The notes beneath the pieces were generated by a model. That model saw only the letters and a list, made by a program, of their open reading frames with translations, ran no database searches and had not been told where the DNA came from. A program made the translations under genes and the position numbers. A stretch of 64,000 bases of DNA from an uncultured candidatus Porisulfidus sp. (lineage in GTDB: Bacteria > Pseudomonadota > Gammaproteobacteria > Poriferisulfidales > Poriferisulfidaceae). The stretch is from the NCBI GenBank assembly GCA_965199755.1, contig CBDASZ010000001.1, forward strand, positions 673,509 through 737,508, written 5' to 3'. Of this stretch, positions 1 to 16,096 are shown piece by piece (position 1 is the first letter of the stretch; every line of letters begins with the position of its first letter).

Positions 1-458
1 TGCGCGAGAAGCAAAAACTGCGCCGCCTCTACGGCATTATGGAGCGTCAGTTCCGCAACTACTACAAGAAAGCCGCGCGTAGCAAAGGCTCGACCGGAGA
101 GAACCTGCTGCAGTTGCTGGAGTGTCGCCTGGATAACGTGATCTACCGGATGGGCTTTGGCATCACCCGCGCGGAATGCCGCCAGATCGTGTCGCACAAG
201 GGCATTATGCTCAACGGCAAGGTCGCCAACATTCCATCGCTTTCGGTCAAGCCGGGAGACACCATCAGCGTGCGCGAGGCGGCGCGCGAGCAAGTCCGCA
301 TCAAGGATGCGATTACCATCGCCAAGCAACAGGGCGTGCCGGAGTGGCTGAACGTGAATTTCGATCAATTCGAAGGCAAGGTCAAGCAGTTGCCGGCCCG
401 TGAAGAAATCTACAAGGACATCAACGAGTCTCTGGTCGTTGAGTTCTACTCCAAGTAA
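1..458 (+). CDS. rpsD: 30S ribosomal protein S4, C-terminal part (5-prime end lies outside the window)
   Basis: Frame beginning at nt 3 reads [23 protein letters not shown]...VVEFYSK, matching the S4 C-terminal half; stop at 458. Confidence 0.9.
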   Translation, partial: REKQKLRRLYGIMERQFRNYYKKAARSKGSTGENLLQLLECRLDNVIYRMGFGITRAECRQIVSHKGIMLNGKVANIPSLSVKPGDTISVREAAREQVRIKDAITIAKQQGVPEWLNVNFDQFEGKVKQLPAREEIYKDINESLVVEFYSK

Positions 459-475
459 ACCTAAGGAGAGCAGTC

Positions 476-1483
476 ATGGGGAATAGTGAGCTGATGATTC
501 CGCGTGTGGTGGAAGCCAAGTACACGGAAGGACGTGAGGCGCGTGTGGTGCTGGAGCCCATGGAGCGCGGCTTCGGACATACGCTCGGCAATGCGCTGCG
601 GCGGATTTTGCTGTCTTCGATTCCAGGTGCGGCGATCACCGAAGTGGAAATTCACGGCGTCGAACATGAATACGACACGCTCGACGGGGTGCAGGAAGAT
701 GTAGTGGACATCCTGCTCAACCTCAAGGGGCTGGCGATTCGCATGTTTGAGGAGCGCACGCAAGCCAAAGTACAACTGAAGAAATCTGGCCCCGGCAAGG
801 TCACGGCCGGTGATATTGAACTGGCGCACGATATTGAGATCGTCACCCCCGATTATGTGATCGCGAATCTGGCGAAGGGCGGCAAACTGGAGATGACCCT
901 GACGGTCGAGCGCGGCCGCGGCTATCTGCCGGTACCGGCGCGCCGTCGGGATGATCGCGCCCATCAGATTGGCGTGCTGCTGCTGGATGCGAGCTTCAGC
1001 CCGATCCGCCGGGTGTCGTATCAAGTGGAGAACACGCGCGTTGAACAGCGCACGGATCTGGACAAACTGATTCTGGATCTGGAGACCAACGGCACGGTGG
1101 AGCCGGAAGATGTGGTGCGCCATGCGGCCACCATCCTGAGCGAGCAGTTGTCCGTGCTGGTTGAACTGGAGAAAGGCGAGGTTCTGCAGCAGACGGCGAC
1201 GCACACGACCGAAGTGGCACCGGTATTCAAGTTGTCGATTGACGAGTTGGAGCTGGGCGTGCGTTCGGCCAACAGCCTCAAGCAGGAAAACATTTTTTAT
1301 GTCGGCGATCTGGTGCGCCTGTCGGAGAACGAGTTGCTGAAGCAAACGCCGAATATTGGCATCAAGACGCTGTCGGAGATCAAGCAGGCGCTGGCCCAGC
1401 GCGAACTGAAACTGGGCATGGAACTGGATAATTGGCCGCCGGCGGATCTGCCGCGCCCGCGTTCCGGGCCACCGTTGTTCTGA
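476..1483 (+). CDS. rpoA: DNA-directed RNA polymerase alpha subunit
   Basis: Translation shows [23 protein letters not shown] and NLKGLAIRM, which match E. coli RpoA; alternative start near 494. Confidence 0.95.
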   Translation: MGNSELMIPRVVEAKYTEGREARVVLEPMERGFGHTLGNALRRILLSSIPGAAITEVEIHGVEHEYDTLDGVQEDVVDILLNLKGLAIRMFEERTQAKVQLKKSGPGKVTAGDIELAHDIEIVTPDYVIANLAKGGKLEMTLTVERGRGYLPVPARRRDDRAHQIGVLLLDASFSPIRRVSYQVENTRVEQRTDLDKLILDLETNGTVEPEDVVRHAATILSEQLSVLVELEKGEVLQQTATHTTEVAPVFKLSIDELELGVRSANSLKQENIFYVGDLVRLSENELLKQTPNIGIKTLSEIKQALAQRELKLGMELDNWPPADLPRPRSGPPLF

Positions 1484-1493
1484 GGGAAGTCTG

Positions 1494-1886
1494 ATGCGTC
1501 ATCGCAAAGCAGGCCGTCATCTGAATCGGACATCGTCGCATCGTCGCGCGATGTTTCGTAATATGGCAGTGTCGCTGCTGCAGCACGAGGCGATTCGCAC
1601 CACCTTGCCGAAGGCCAAGGAATTGCGGCGCTTTGTGGAGCCGCTGATTACACTGGCGAAGGAAGACTCGGTGGCGCACCGCCGCCTGGCATTTGATCGC
1701 CTGCGCGATCGCGAGATGGTCACCAAACTGTTTGAAGATCTGGGGCCGGAGTATCGCTCCCGACCCGGCGGTTATACCCGCGTACTCAAGAACGGCTTTC
1801 GGCCCGGAGACAACGCGCCGATGGCGTATATGGAACTGGTCGGCCGCGACAAGGCGGATGCCGCAGTAGCAAGTACCGAAGGATAA
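1494..1886 (+). CDS. rplQ: 50S ribosomal protein L17
   Basis: 130-aa [27 protein letters not shown] is the typical L17 N-terminus. Confidence 0.95.
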   Translation: MRHRKAGRHLNRTSSHRRAMFRNMAVSLLQHEAIRTTLPKAKELRRFVEPLITLAKEDSVAHRRLAFDRLRDREMVTKLFEDLGPEYRSRPGGYTRVLKNGFRPGDNAPMAYMELVGRDKADAAVASTEG

Positions 1887-2335
1887 CCGAGCAGGTGCCA
1901 GAGAGGCACCAGCCGACCCGTCCGCATCAGCAGGCGGAATAATCAAAAAAGTACAGCAATATTGCCGGGCACTGGCGCGGTGTTCCGATATTCTTTATCC
2001 TGTATTGCTTGGCAACCGCAGCGTGGCCGTGGGCCGCGTCGGCCGAGGATGGATTTTGAAAGTCTGGATGAGACGTATCTTTTTGAGATGATTCGCGATC
2101 ATGCGCCAGTACGCGCGGATGGCGTGGCGCCGTTTGATGCACCACGCACTTGAGCGACGTTGATTACTGGGCGATTGCGGTTGGACTCAAGCATCGTTTC
2201 TGAGCGCGTGGATTGAGTCTTTTTAAAGGCGGGTGTGGCGTCAGCGTCGCCTCTCCGTGAGGTGCTGGACATCGCGCAAAATGGAAATTCGAGTGGCTAT
2301 CTGTGCTACAATAAGTCCCTTTATATTCACATCGG

Positions 2336-2420
2336 GGAGGGGTACCCAAGCGGTCAACGGGGGCAGACTGTAAATCTGCTGGCTCAGCCTTCGTAGGTTC
2401 GAATCCTACCCCCTCCACCA
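2336..2420 (+). tRNA. tRNA-Tyr (anticodon GUA), type II with long variable arm
   Basis: Acceptor stem GGAGGGG/CCCCTCC, anticodon loop CUGUAAAUC, T-arm GGTTCGAATCC, CCA end encoded. Confidence 0.85.
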
Positions 2421-2478
2421 TGAGGGACGGAGAAGAACCACTAACAGGCTGATTAAGCAAGGCTTTTTGGCGGAAATG

Positions 2479-2552
2479 GCGGGCGTAGTTCAACGGTAGA
2501 ACCTCAGCCTTCCAAGCTGATGATGGCGGTTCGATCCCGCTCGCCCGCTCCA
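2479..2552 (+). tRNA. tRNA-Gly (anticodon UCC)
   Basis: Acceptor stem GCGGGCG/CGCCCGC, anticodon loop CCUUCCAAG, T-arm GGTTCGATCC, CCA end encoded. Confidence 0.85.
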
Positions 2553-2575
2553 CCAAGGGTGGATTAAAAGAATGC

Positions 2576-2651
2576 GCCCATATAGCTCAGTCGGCAGAGC
2601 ACTTCCTTGGTAAGGAAGAGGTCACCGGTTCAAATCCGGTTATGGGCTCCA
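2576..2651 (+). tRNA. tRNA-Thr (anticodon GGU)
   Basis: Acceptor stem GCCCATA/TATGGGC, anticodon loop CTTGGTAAG, T-arm GGTTCAAATCC, CCA end encoded. Confidence 0.85.
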
Positions 2652-2683
2652 GATTGAGTGGACACAAACCCAGGAGAAGCACC

Positions 2684-3874
2684 ATGGCGAAGGAAAAATT
2701 CGAACGCACGAAGCCGCACATTAATGTCGGCACGATCGGTCATGTAGATCATGGCAAGACCACGCTGACGGCGGCGCTGACCAAAGTGATGGCGGAGGCG
2801 CACGGCGGCGAGGTTCGCGATTATTCGCAGATTGACAATGCGCCGGAAGAGCGCGAGCGCGGCATCACGATTGCGACCGCGCACGTGGAATACGAATCCG
2901 ATGCGCGCCATTACGCGCATGTGGACTGTCCCGGCCACGCGGACTACGTGAAGAACATGATCACTGGAGCGGCGCAGATGGACGCGGCGATTCTGGTGGT
3001 GAGCGCGGCGGACGGTCCGATGCCGCAGACCAACGAGCATATTCTGCTGGCCCGTCAGGTTGGCGTGCCGCACATTCTGGTGTACCTGAACAAGGCCGAC
3101 CAGGTGGACGACGATGAGTTGCTGGAGTTGGTGGAAATGGAAGTGCGCGAACTGCTCAGCAAGTATGAGTTTCCCGGCGACGACACGCCAATCATCACAG
3201 GATCGGCGCTGCAGGCGCTGGAAGGTGACACCAGCGAGCACGGCATTGAGTCGGTGCAGAAGCTGGTAGAGGCGATGGATAGTTACATTCCTGAGCCGGA
3301 GCGCGCGATTGATGGTGCGTTTTTGATGCCGGTGGAGGATGTCTTCACGATTTCCGGTCGCGGCACGGTGGTGACGGGCCGAGTGGAACGCGGCATCATC
3401 AAGGTTGGCGAAGAAGTCGAGATGGTGGGCATTCGCGACACCGAGACGACCACCTGCACGGGTGTTGAGATGTTCCGCAAGTTGCTGGATGAAGGTCGCG
3501 CAGGCGACAACATCGGAGTGCTGCTGCGCGGCACCAAGCGTGAGGAAGTGGAGCGCGGTCAGGTGTTGTGCCAGCCGGGTTCGATCACCCCGCACACAGA
3601 ATTTGACGCGGAGATTTACTGCCTGACGAAGGAAGAGGGCGGACGCCACTCGCCGTTTGTGTCGGGTTATCGTCCGCAGTTTTATTTCCGCACCACGGAT
3701 GTGACGGGGGCAGTGAACCTGCCGTCGGGCACGGACATGGTGATGCCGGGCGACAATGTCACGATTTCGGTCGAGCTGGGCGCTCCGATCGCAATGGAAG
3801 AAGGTCTGCGTTTCGCCATGCGCGAAGGTGGCCGCACCATCGCTTCCGGCGTCGTCACCAAGATTAACAAGTAA
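2684..3874 (+). CDS. tuf: Elongation factor Tu
   Basis: [32 protein letters not shown], 396 aa; position after the Tyr-Gly-Thr tRNA cluster matches a tufB-type operon. Confidence 0.97.
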   Translation: MAKEKFERTKPHINVGTIGHVDHGKTTLTAALTKVMAEAHGGEVRDYSQIDNAPEERERGITIATAHVEYESDARHYAHVDCPGHADYVKNMITGAAQMDAAILVVSAADGPMPQTNEHILLARQVGVPHILVYLNKADQVDDDELLELVEMEVRELLSKYEFPGDDTPIITGSALQALEGDTSEHGIESVQKLVEAMDSYIPEPERAIDGAFLMPVEDVFTISGRGTVVTGRVERGIIKVGEEVEMVGIRDTETTTCTGVEMFRKLLDEGRAGDNIGVLLRGTKREEVERGQVLCQPGSITPHTEFDAEIYCLTKEEGGRHSPFVSGYRPQFYFRTTDVTGAVNLPSGTDMVMPGDNVTISVELGAPIAMEEGLRFAMREGGRTIASGVVTKINK

Positions 3875-3918
3875 GGCGCATTCCGTCTGTTTTTGCGTGA
3901 AGTGCATCATGCGCACGA

Positions 3919-3994
<76 letters not shown>

Positions 3995-4012
3995 TGCCTG
4001 GAGTGTTGCGTG

Positions 4013-4387
4013 ATGACGAAGGAAGGCGGCGACATCGTATTGTCGAGCACCGACTGGGCGCGCTGGTCTATCAGCGCGGTGCTGTTGCTGCTGGGCGTAC
4101 TTGGGTTTTATTATTTCGCGGATCAAGCTTTGCTGTATCGGGTGCTGGGCATTGTGGCGATGTTCTCGCTGGCGGCCTGGGTTGCGCTCGGTTCCGAGCA
4201 AGGCGTGCAATTCCGCGGCTTCATGCGCGATGCGCGAGTCGAAGTCCGCAAGATGATCTGGCCGACGCGCGGCGAGACTTTGCAGACTTCACTGGTGGTA
4301 TTTGTCGCGGTGATCATCATGGCGATCTTTTTGTGGCTGTTGGACCGGCTTCTGTCCTGGGCCATCACCCTGTTTCTGGGGGGCTGA
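4013..4387 (+). CDS. secE: Preprotein translocase subunit SecE
   Basis: 124 aa with three hydrophobic segments; conserved position between tuf/tRNA-Trp and nusG; in-frame GTG at 4010 is an alternative start. Confidence 0.8.
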   Translation: MTKEGGDIVLSSTDWARWSISAVLLLLGVLGFYYFADQALLYRVLGIVAMFSLAAWVALGSEQGVQFRGFMRDARVEVRKMIWPTRGETLQTSLVVFVAVIIMAIFLWLLDRLLSWAITLFLGG

Positions 4388-4389
4388 TC

Positions 4390-5001
4390 ATGGTTGTGGA
4401 ACAAACGGAGGCGCTGGAAGCCATCGACGCGCCTGCTCAAGCCGAGACGGCGGAAGTCGAGGACAAGGACAAACTGCAGTGGTATGCGGTGCATGCCTAC
4501 TCGAACTGCGAGGCGCAGGTGCAACGAAATCTGCTGGAGCGCATTGAGCGTTACGGCAAGGCCGCTGAGTTCGGCTCCGTTGAAGTGCCGTCGGAGATGA
4601 CGATTGAATTGCGTGGCGGCGAACAAAAGGAAGTGCGCCGCAAGACCTTTCCCGGCTATGTGCTGGTACAAATGAAATGGTCGGAAGAGAACTGGCATCT
4701 GGTACGTGGCACGCCCAAAGTGCTGGGGTTTATTGGTGGCGAAAAGAACAAGCCGGAAGCGATCCCGGATCAACAGATCGAGGCGATCCTGCATCAGGCC
4801 GAAGAAGGCCAGACGCAGCCGCGCGTCAAGACGATTTATGAGCCCGGTCAGATCGTGCGCGTGATTGAGGGCCCCTTCAATGACTTCAGCGGCGTCGTGG
4901 AGGAGGCCAACCACGACAAGGGCCGCTTGCGCGTCGCTATTCAGATTTTCGGGCGCTCCACGCCGGTGGATCTCAACTTCGACCAGGTCACCAAGGACTG
5001 A
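4390..5001 (+). CDS. nusG: Transcription termination/antitermination factor NusG
   Basis: [13 protein letters not shown] (NGN domain) and C-terminal KOW motif ([18 protein letters not shown]); begins 2 nt after the secE stop. Confidence 0.9.
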   Translation: MVVEQTEALEAIDAPAQAETAEVEDKDKLQWYAVHAYSNCEAQVQRNLLERIERYGKAAEFGSVEVPSEMTIELRGGEQKEVRRKTFPGYVLVQMKWSEENWHLVRGTPKVLGFIGGEKNKPEAIPDQQIEAILHQAEEGQTQPRVKTIYEPGQIVRVIEGPFNDFSGVVEEANHDKGRLRVAIQIFGRSTPVDLNFDQVTKD

Positions 5002-5006
5002 GCATC

Positions 5007-5462
5007 ATGGCGGACAGCAAAAAAAGCAAGGGCAAGACCCGCGAAATCACCGGCTACATCAAGTTGCAGGTGCCTGCAGGCGCTGCCAATCCGGCACCGC
5101 CGGTCGGCCCGGCGCTGGGCCAGCATGGATTGCAGATTCAGGACTTCTGCAAGGCGTTCAATGAGCGCACTGCGGACGAAGAGCGCGGCACCCCCATGCC
5201 GGTGATCATCACAGTATTTGCGGACCGCACGTTTGAGTTTGTGGTTAAGACACCGCCCGCAGCGGTGCTTCTGCGCAAGGTGACCGGGGTCAGCAAAGGC
5301 AGCGGCACTCCCAATTCGGAGAAGGTCGGCACCGTGACGCGTGCACAACTCGAACAGGTGGCGGCGGCCAAGATGCAGGATCTAAGCGCGAACGATATGG
5401 AGGCGGCAGTTCGCATCATTGCCGGTAGTGCGCGCAGCATGGGTCTGGAGGTGCAGGAATGA
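5007..5462 (+). CDS. rplK: 50S ribosomal protein L11
   Basis: [36 protein letters not shown] matches the L11 N-domain. Confidence 0.95.
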   Translation: MADSKKSKGKTREITGYIKLQVPAGAANPAPPVGPALGQHGLQIQDFCKAFNERTADEERGTPMPVIITVFADRTFEFVVKTPPAAVLLRKVTGVSKGSGTPNSEKVGTVTRAQLEQVAAAKMQDLSANDMEAAVRIIAGSARSMGLEVQE

Positions 5463-6139
5463 CCAAGCGACTGACAGCGGCGCGTGCGGATCTGGATCGC
5501 GAGCAATCCTATGCGCTCGAAGAGGCCATGGATATGGCCAACAAAACCGGCACGGCGAAGTTCACGGAGAGCATTGACGCCAGCATCAATCTGGGCGTTG
5601 ACTCGCGCAAGAGTGAACAAAGTGTGCGCGGCGCGATGGTGCTACCTCACGGCACCGGGAAGACGCAGCGCGTGGCAGTTTTTGCTCGCGGCGAGCAGGC
5701 GCAGGCGGCTACCGACGCTGGCGCGGATGCGGTCGGTCTGGAGGATCTGGCGGAGCGCATGAAAGAAGGTGAACTGGATTATGGCACCGTCATCGCGGCA
5801 CCCGATTGCATGCCGATAGTGGGTGCTCTGGGTCCGGTGTTGGGTCCGCGCGGGCTGATGCCGAACCCGAAGACGGGCACGGTTTCCGAGGATGTCGCCA
5901 CAGCGGTGAAGAATGTCAAGGGCGGTCAGGTGCGCTATCGCGCCGACAAGTCCGGCATTGTGCATTGTCCGATCGGACGTGTGGGCTTTGAGGCAGGCGC
6001 GCTGGCGGAGAATCTGCGCGCGCTGGTGTCGGAACTCAATCGCGCCAAGCCGGCTGTGTCGAAAGGGGTGTACATCAAGCGAATCACGGTGTCGGCGACC
6101 ATGGGCCCCGGCATTCGAATTGATCCGGCAACCCTGTAA
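5459..6139 (+). CDS. rplA: 50S ribosomal protein L1
   Basis: 226 aa; 4-nt overlap with rplK; internal [15 protein letters not shown] and [14 protein letters not shown] motifs. Confidence 0.95.
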   Translation: MTKRLTAARADLDREQSYALEEAMDMANKTGTAKFTESIDASINLGVDSRKSEQSVRGAMVLPHGTGKTQRVAVFARGEQAQAATDAGADAVGLEDLAERMKEGELDYGTVIAAPDCMPIVGALGPVLGPRGLMPNPKTGTVSEDVATAVKNVKGGQVRYRADKSGIVHCPIGRVGFEAGALAENLRALVSELNRAKPAVSKGVYIKRITVSATMGPGIRIDPATL

Positions 6140-6151
6140 CGGAGCATCATC

Positions 6152-6682
6152 ATGGCTTTGACACGCGAGCACAAGGAGCAGGTCGTCACTGAAGTGACGG
6201 CGGTTGCTGCGCAGGCGCACTCGCTGGTAGCGGCTGAATATAGTGGCCTGACGGCACACGAAATGACGGACTTGCGCCGGGCGGCGCGCGAGAGCAACGT
6301 AGTCGTGCGAGTGGTCAAGAACAATCTGGCGCAGCGGGCTTTGGATGAAACCGACTTCGCGTGCGCGAAAGAACATCTGACCGGACATCTGGTGCTGGCA
6401 TTCTCTTGCGAGCAGCCGAACGACGCGCCGCGCGTGTTGCGCGATTTCAGCCGCGACAACGAGAAACTGACGGTGCGCTTTGGCGTGTATGAGGGCGCGG
6501 TGCTGGATACGGCGCAACTGCGCCAACTGGCGGCGATGCCGTCTCGCGAGGAGGCGCTGGCGCAACTGATGTCAGTGATGCGCGCGCCGATCGCCAAACT
6601 GGCGCAACTGACCGCAGATATTCCTGGCCGACTGGCGCGTTCGCTGGCGGCTTATCGAGACAACCAGCAGGCAGAGTCCTGA
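6152..6682 (+). CDS. rplJ: 50S ribosomal protein L10
   Basis: 176 aa; GGAG ribosome-binding site 7 nt upstream; only 12 nt after rplA. Confidence 0.93.
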   Translation: MALTREHKEQVVTEVTAVAAQAHSLVAAEYSGLTAHEMTDLRRAARESNVVVRVVKNNLAQRALDETDFACAKEHLTGHLVLAFSCEQPNDAPRVLRDFSRDNEKLTVRFGVYEGAVLDTAQLRQLAAMPSREEALAQLMSVMRAPIAKLAQLTADIPGRLARSLAAYRDNQQAES

Positions 6683-6720
6683 GGGTTTCCCTGAACTTTT
6701 AGCAATTACGGAGTAATCCC

Positions 6721-7113
6721 ATGGCAACTGAGAATGTATCGGTGGATAACGTACTGGATACGATTTCCAACATGAGTGTGATGGACGTGGTCGAATTGAT
6801 TTCCAAGATGGAAGAGAAATTCGGCGTGTCCGCAGCCGCTGCGGCAGTGGCAATGCCGACGGCAGCCGGTGGCGCTGGTGCGGCCGAGGAAGAGGAGGCA
6901 AAAACCGAGCAGGACGTGGTACTGGCCTCCTTTGGCGATAACAAGATCGCCGTCATCAAGGTGGTTCGAACGGTGACGGGTTTGGGTCTGAAAGAGGCCA
7001 AGGAGATGGTGGAGAAAGCGCCATCGACGCTGAAAGAAGCGGTGCCTACAGAAGAAGCTGCAGAAATCAAGAAGCAATTGGAAGAAGCGGGCGCTAGCGT
7101 CGAATTGAAGTAA
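6721..7113 (+). CDS. rplL: 50S ribosomal protein L7/L12
   Basis: 130 aa with Ala-rich hinge ([26 protein letters not shown]) and a C-terminal domain ending VELK. Confidence 0.95.
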   Translation: MATENVSVDNVLDTISNMSVMDVVELISKMEEKFGVSAAAAAVAMPTAAGGAGAAEEEEAKTEQDVVLASFGDNKIAVIKVVRTVTGLGLKEAKEMVEKAPSTLKEAVPTEEAAEIKKQLEEAGASVELK

Positions 7114-7148
7114 TTCGGTGCTCGTCATTTCTGTTTCACGAAGCGTGT

Positions 7149-7180
7149 CGTCGGCGCTGTGCGCGCCGACGCTGTTGCGT
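7149..7180 (+). terminator. GC-rich hairpin between rplL and rpoB, probably a partial terminator/attenuator
   Basis: CGTCGGCGC-tgtgc-GCGCCGACG, a 9-bp stem followed by CTGTTGCGTT; position matches the rplL-rpoB attenuator known in E. coli. Confidence 0.35.
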
Positions 7181-7213
7181 TAATTGACCCCACCCCCGGC
7201 TCTGGAGAGAGGC

Positions 7214-10200
7214 ATGGCTTACTCCTATACTGAAAAGAAGCGCATTCGCAAAGATTTCGGCAAACTCCCTGAAGTACTCAGCATTCCCGATATGCTGAAA
7301 GTGCAGCGGGATTCCTACAGCATGTTCCTGCAGCAGGATGTGCCGCAGAAGAAACGCAAGGACACCGGCATACAGGCGGTGCTCAACAGCATTTTCCCGA
7401 TCATCAGCCATTCCGGCCATGTCGAGTTGTTGTGCGAGGGCTACCGTCTTGAGGAGCCGCGCTTCAATGATATCGAATGTCGCCGTCGCGGCCTGACCTA
7501 TATGGCACCGCTGAAGCTCAAGATGCGTCTGGACATCTATGACAAGGACCTGCCGAAGGGAGCTGAGCGCCAGATCAAGGAGGCGCGCGGTCAGGAGGTC
7601 TATCTGGGTGACATTCCCCTGATGGTCGAGAATGGCGCGTTCGTGATCAATGGCACCGACCGCGTGGTGGTGTCGCAGTTGCTGCAATCACCGGGTGTGA
7701 TTTTCACCGACGACAAGGGCAAGGGACATTCCTCCGGCAAGATCCTGCATCACGCGCGTATTAAGCCGGAGTTCGGCTCCTGGCTGGAGTTCGGCTTCGA
7801 TCACAAGGATCTGATGTATTTGCGCGTCGACAGCCGCCGCAAAATCCCGGCCACCATTCTGCTGCGCGCGCTCGGCATGTTAGAGCGCGACATCTTGGAT
7901 GAGTACACAAAACCGTTTTCGGTGCGCATGGAACGCTGGCGGCAAGTGCCGGTTGTGATTCTGGAAGGCCAGAAATTTGCCTACCCGCTGCGCGATGCGG
8001 AAACGGACGACGAAGTACTGCCGAAAAACCGCATTGTCTCGGAGACGGTGCTGGAGAAATTAGCCGAAAGCGGCACCACACAGGTGAAGGTGCAGCAGCA
8101 AGATCTGGAAGAACGTCTGTGCGCCGGTGAGGAGCCGGCATACTGCTACGGGCAAGACGGGCGGCAATGGGAAGTCAATCCGCGCGCTCTGGTCGGCAAG
8201 AAACTGCCTTTTGATCTGACGGACGCGAACGGCAAGCTGGCGGCGCGCATGGGAACCTCGCTGACCTCGGCGCGGGCAACCAAGTCGACGCAGCAGCGAC
8301 CATGGTGTGGTGTCAACTTCGCGCCGTGCAATCGCTTCTTTGTGGATGTCGCGCATTTCACAGGGCAGAAACTGTCTTTTGACGTGATCGCGCCGGAGGC
8401 CAATGTCAAGGTGCCAACCGGACGGACGCTGTCGCCGGTGCACGTCAAACGGTTGCGTGACGCCGGGTACACCGAGCTGGAAGTGCCGGGACGCTATTTC
8501 GCGGAAGACATGGCGCTGGCGAGCGAGCTGACCGTGTTCGATTCGGCTAGCGGCGAAATTGATGAGGAAAGCAGCAAGCAGATCAGCGAGCGCTTTCCGA
8601 TCAACACCCTGCTCGATGAGCAGCATCTGCAGGAACTGATGGAGCAGCCGGTCGAGCGTTTTGACATTTTCGCTGAGGCGCGCCAAGGTATTCCGGGCAC
8701 CCTGCGGGCGGATGAATTCGTGTGCCGCACGGCCAATCCGACAGCGGCCGAGCTCCGGCAAGCCGCGCAAGTCCAGATCTACCGGATTTTGCGCCCCAGT
8801 GAGCCGATCACCGCGGATACGGTCAAGAAACACTTCCAATCCCTGTTTTCTGAGCCGGAACGTTATGACCTGTCGGCGGTGGGGCGAATGCGCCTCAACC
8901 GGCGTCTGGGACGTGACAGCATGGAAGGGGAAGGCACGCTGCAGAAACAGGACATTACGGACATTCTGCATGTGCTGATCAACATCCAGCGCGGCGAAGA
9001 CGTGGTCGATGATGTCGATCATCTGGGCAACCGCCGCATTCGCTGCGTCGGCGAGCAGGTGGAACAAGCGTTTCGCACCGGGATCATCCGTGTGCAGCGC
9101 GCGGTGAAAGAGCGCCTGACGCAAGTGGAATCAGACAACCTGACCGTGCAGGACATGGTCAACGCCAAGCCGGTGTCGTCGGCGATCAAGGAATTCTTTG
9201 GTGCCAGCCAGTTGTCGCAATTCATGGATCAGAACAATCCGCTAGCGGAAGTCACGCACAAACGGCGCATTTCGGCTTTGGGCCCTGGCGGTCTGACTCG
9301 CGAGCGCGCCGGTTTCGAGGTGCGCGACGTGCACCCAACGCATTATGGGCGAGTGTGTCCGATTGAGACGCCGGAAGGCCCGAACATCGGTCTGATCAAT
9401 TCACTGGCGGTGTATGCGCGACTGAATGACTATGGGTTTCTGGAGACGCCTTACTGCAAGGTGGAGCGTGGTCGGGTGATTGCGGAGAAGATTGTGTATC
9501 TGTCCGCGATTGAAGAAGGGCAATACGTGATTGCGCAGGCGAACGCGACACTGGACGCCAAGGGGCGCTTCACGGATCAGTTGATCTCCTGCCGTCACCA
9601 AAAGGAATTTGTGCTGGAGAAACCGGAACAGGTCGATTACATTGACGTCTCGCCACGACAGATCGTGTCGGTGGCGGCCGCGTTGATTCCGTTTCTGGAG
9701 CACGACGATGCCAACCGAGCCCTGATGGGTTCGAACATGCTGCGTCAGGCCGTGCCAACCTTGCGTGCCGAGAAGCCGCTGGTAGGTACCGGTATGGAGC
9801 GCGCGGTGGCACGGGATTCCGGAGCCATGGTGCTGGCGCATCGCGGCGGCGTAGTGCATGACGTGGATGCCAATCGCATCGTGGTGCGCGCGGACATGCC
9901 GGAAGAGGACGAAGGCATGGTCGGTTCAGGCGTGGATATCTACACCCTGACCAAATACGTCCGTTCCAACCAGAGCACCTGCATCAATCAGTGCCCGCGT
10001 GTCGCAGTCGGGGATCGCATCGAGGAAGGCGACGTACTGGCGGATGGCGCGGCGACCGATTTGGGCGAATTGGCCGTGGGGCAAAACATGCTGGTCGCGT
10101 TCATGCCGTGGAATGGCTACAACTTTGAGGATTCCATTGTGATCTCCGAGCGAGTGCTGGAGGAAGACCGATATACCACCATCCATATTGAGGAGTTCAC

Positions 10201-11806
10201 TTGTGTAGCGCGAGACACCAAGCTCGGCAGCGAAGAAATCACCCAGGACATTCCGAACATCAGCGAGGGTTTGCTCGGCAAACTGGATGAATGCGGTGTC
10301 GTGCACATTGGTGCCGAAGTGTGTCCGGGCGATATTCTGGTCGGCAAGGTGACGCCGAAAGGCGAGACGCAACTGACGCCGGAAGAAAAATTGCTACGCG
10401 CCATCTTCGGCGAGAAGGCCTCCGAGATCAAGGACACTTCCCTGCGCGTGCCTTCAGGCACCGAGGGCACGGTGATTGACGTGCAGGTATTCACGCGCGA
10501 GGGTGAGACCAAGGATGCGCGTGCGGAAGCGGTGGAGGAAGCCACGATTGAAAAAGCGCGCAAGAACGCCGATGACAAGATCAAGATTGAGGTGGAAAAC
10601 ATTTACCACCGCGCCCGCGCGCTGATGCTGGGCAAGCAAGCTGACAAGGGGCCGGGCAAAAAGGGGGGCTTCACGGTAACCGAGAAGTACCTTGACTCAC
10701 TTGAGCCGGAGAAATGGGGCGAAATCAGTTTGCGTCAGGAGAAACTCAACAAGAGTCTTGAAGACCTGATCGCGCCGTCACGGCGCAAATCTCGGCGCAG
10801 TCTGCTGGTGCAGGCGACCGAGAAAGGGGAAGAGGAGTTCGAGCAGCAAGTCGAGAAAATCAAGGCTGGCAGCGAACTGGCTCCAGGCGTGCTGAAGACC
10901 ATTAAGGTCTCGCTGGCGGTTAAGCGGCGCATGCAGCCGGGGGACAAGATGGCCGGACGCCATGGCAACAAGGGCGTGGTGTCGATGGTGGTGCCGGTTG
11001 AGGATATGCCATACATGGAAGATGGCACGACTGTGGACGTCATTCTGAATCCGCTCGGCGTGCCGTCGCGAATGAATGTCGGACAGGTACTGGAGACGCA
11101 TTTGGGTTGGGCGGCAAAAGAGATGGGCAGGCAGGTGCGACAAATGCTTGATCGCACCACCCGTTCGACCGAGGTACGCAAACTGCTGGGGCAGATCTAT
11201 CGCGGCGGTGGGCGTAAGGAACTGAGTTTCCGTGATTTCAGCGCCTCTGACTTGTGGACGATGGCGGAGAACCTGTGTGAGGGCGTTCCCGTTAGCACCC
11301 CGGTCTTCGACGGTGCCAGCGAAGCGGAAGTCAAGGAGATGCTAGAGCAGGCGGGATTGCCGCTGAGTGGACAGACGCGATTGCGTGACGGACGCACTGG
11401 CGAGTTCTTTGAGCGCGAAGTGACGGTCGGCTACATGTACATGCTGAAGCTCAATCATCTGGTGGATGACAAGATGCACGCCCGCTCGACCGGACCGTAC
11501 AGTCTGGTGACGCAGCAGCCGCTTGGCGGCAAGGCGCAATTCGGCGGCCAGCGCTTCGGCGAAATGGAGGTGTGGGCGCTGGAGGCCTACGGTGCCAGTT
11601 ACACCCTGCAGGAAATTCTGACCGTCAAGTCTGATGACGTCGACGGGCGCAACCGGGTCTACAAGGACATCATCGCCAGTGAGATGAGTAACCAGTCCGC
11701 GTTGCCGGAATCCTTCAACGTCCTGTTGCGCGAGGTGCGCGCGCTGGGCATCAATATCGACATGGAACACGACCGCGGCAATGACGCGCCGCCGTTGCGT
11801 CTATGA
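7214..11806 (+). CDS. rpoB: DNA-directed RNA polymerase beta subunit, about 1530 aa
   Basis: [17 protein letters not shown] start; conserved blocks [42 protein letters not shown] and NMQRQAVP-like; about 190 aa longer than E. coli RpoB. Confidence 0.97.
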   Translation: MAYSYTEKKRIRKDFGKLPEVLSIPDMLKVQRDSYSMFLQQDVPQKKRKDTGIQAVLNSIFPIISHSGHVELLCEGYRLEEPRFNDIECRRRGLTYMAPLKLKMRLDIYDKDLPKGAERQIKEARGQEVYLGDIPLMVENGAFVINGTDRVVVSQLLQSPGVIFTDDKGKGHSSGKILHHARIKPEFGSWLEFGFDHKDLMYLRVDSRRKIPATILLRALGMLERDILDEYTKPFSVRMERWRQVPVVILEGQKFAYPLRDAETDDEVLPKNRIVSETVLEKLAESGTTQVKVQQQDLEERLCAGEEPAYCYGQDGRQWEVNPRALVGKKLPFDLTDANGKLAARMGTSLTSARATKSTQQRPWCGVNFAPCNRFFVDVAHFTGQKLSFDVIAPEANVKVPTGRTLSPVHVKRLRDAGYTELEVPGRYFAEDMALASELTVFDSASGEIDEESSKQISERFPINTLLDEQHLQELMEQPVERFDIFAEARQGIPGTLRADEFVCRTANPTAAELRQAAQVQIYRILRPSEPITADTVKKHFQSLFSEPERYDLSAVGRMRLNRRLGRDSMEGEGTLQKQDITDILHVLINIQRGEDVVDDVDHLGNRRIRCVGEQVEQAFRTGIIRVQRAVKERLTQVESDNLTVQDMVNAKPVSSAIKEFFGASQLSQFMDQNNPLAEVTHKRRISALGPGGLTRERAGFEVRDVHPTHYGRVCPIETPEGPNIGLINSLAVYARLNDYGFLETPYCKVERGRVIAEKIVYLSAIEEGQYVIAQANATLDAKGRFTDQLISCRHQKEFVLEKPEQVDYIDVSPRQIVSVAAALIPFLEHDDANRALMGSNMLRQAVPTLRAEKPLVGTGMERAVARDSGAMVLAHRGGVVHDVDANRIVVRADMPEEDEGMVGSGVDIYTLTKYVRSNQSTCINQCPRVAVGDRIEEGDVLADGAATDLGELAVGQNMLVAFMPWNGYNFEDSIVISERVLEEDRYTTIHIEEFTCVARDTKLGSEEITQDIPNISEGLLGKLDECGVVHIGAEVCPGDILVGKVTPKGETQLTPEEKLLRAIFGEKASEIKDTSLRVPSGTEGTVIDVQVFTREGETKDARAEAVEEATIEKARKNADDKIKIEVENIYHRARALMLGKQADKGPGKKGGFTVTEKYLDSLEPEKWGEISLRQEKLNKSLEDLIAPSRRKSRRSLLVQATEKGEEEFEQQVEKIKAGSELAPGVLKTIKVSLAVKRRMQPGDKMAGRHGNKGVVSMVVPVEDMPYMEDGTTVDVILNPLGVPSRMNVGQVLETHLGWAAKEMGRQVRQMLDRTTRSTEVRKLLGQIYRGGGRKELSFRDFSASDLWTMAENLCEGVPVSTPVFDGASEAEVKEMLEQAGLPLSGQTRLRDGRTGEFFEREVTVGYMYMLKLNHLVDDKMHARSTGPYSLVTQQPLGGKAQFGGQRFGEMEVWALEAYGASYTLQEILTVKSDDVDGRNRVYKDIIASEMSNQSALPESFNVLLREVRALGINIDMEHDRGNDAPPLRL

Positions 11807-11825
11807 CCACATCAGGAGAACCGCA

Positions 11826-16058
<4,233 letters not shown>

Positions 16059-16096
16059 GGCGGACCGCTGTCGCCCACCGGGCGCGGTGGGATACC

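Noticed and set aside
461-1345. 294-aa minus-strand ORF antisense to rpoA. Other long antisense ORFs of the same kind sit at 2630-4210, 8060-9124, 15147-16145, 19086-20246, 49603-50601 and 50562-51545.
   Set aside because: Each lies opposite a highly conserved, clearly coding gene. Their products are Arg/Ala/His-rich low-complexity sequences, which is the usual pattern for stop-codon-poor antisense frames in high-GC DNA. None has recognisable motifs.
7214-11806. Possibility that the unusually long rpoB reflects a frameshift or misassembly
   Set aside because: A single uninterrupted reading frame spans the whole gene with conserved blocks on both sides of the extra segment. No alternative frame carries RpoB-like sequence.
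16059-16096. Moco riboswitch upstream of moaA
   Set aside because: Only 38 nt separate rpoC and moaA. These hold a single 7-bp hairpin (CCCACCG-ggcg-CGGTGGG), far too short for the Moco RNA motif of about 130 nt.
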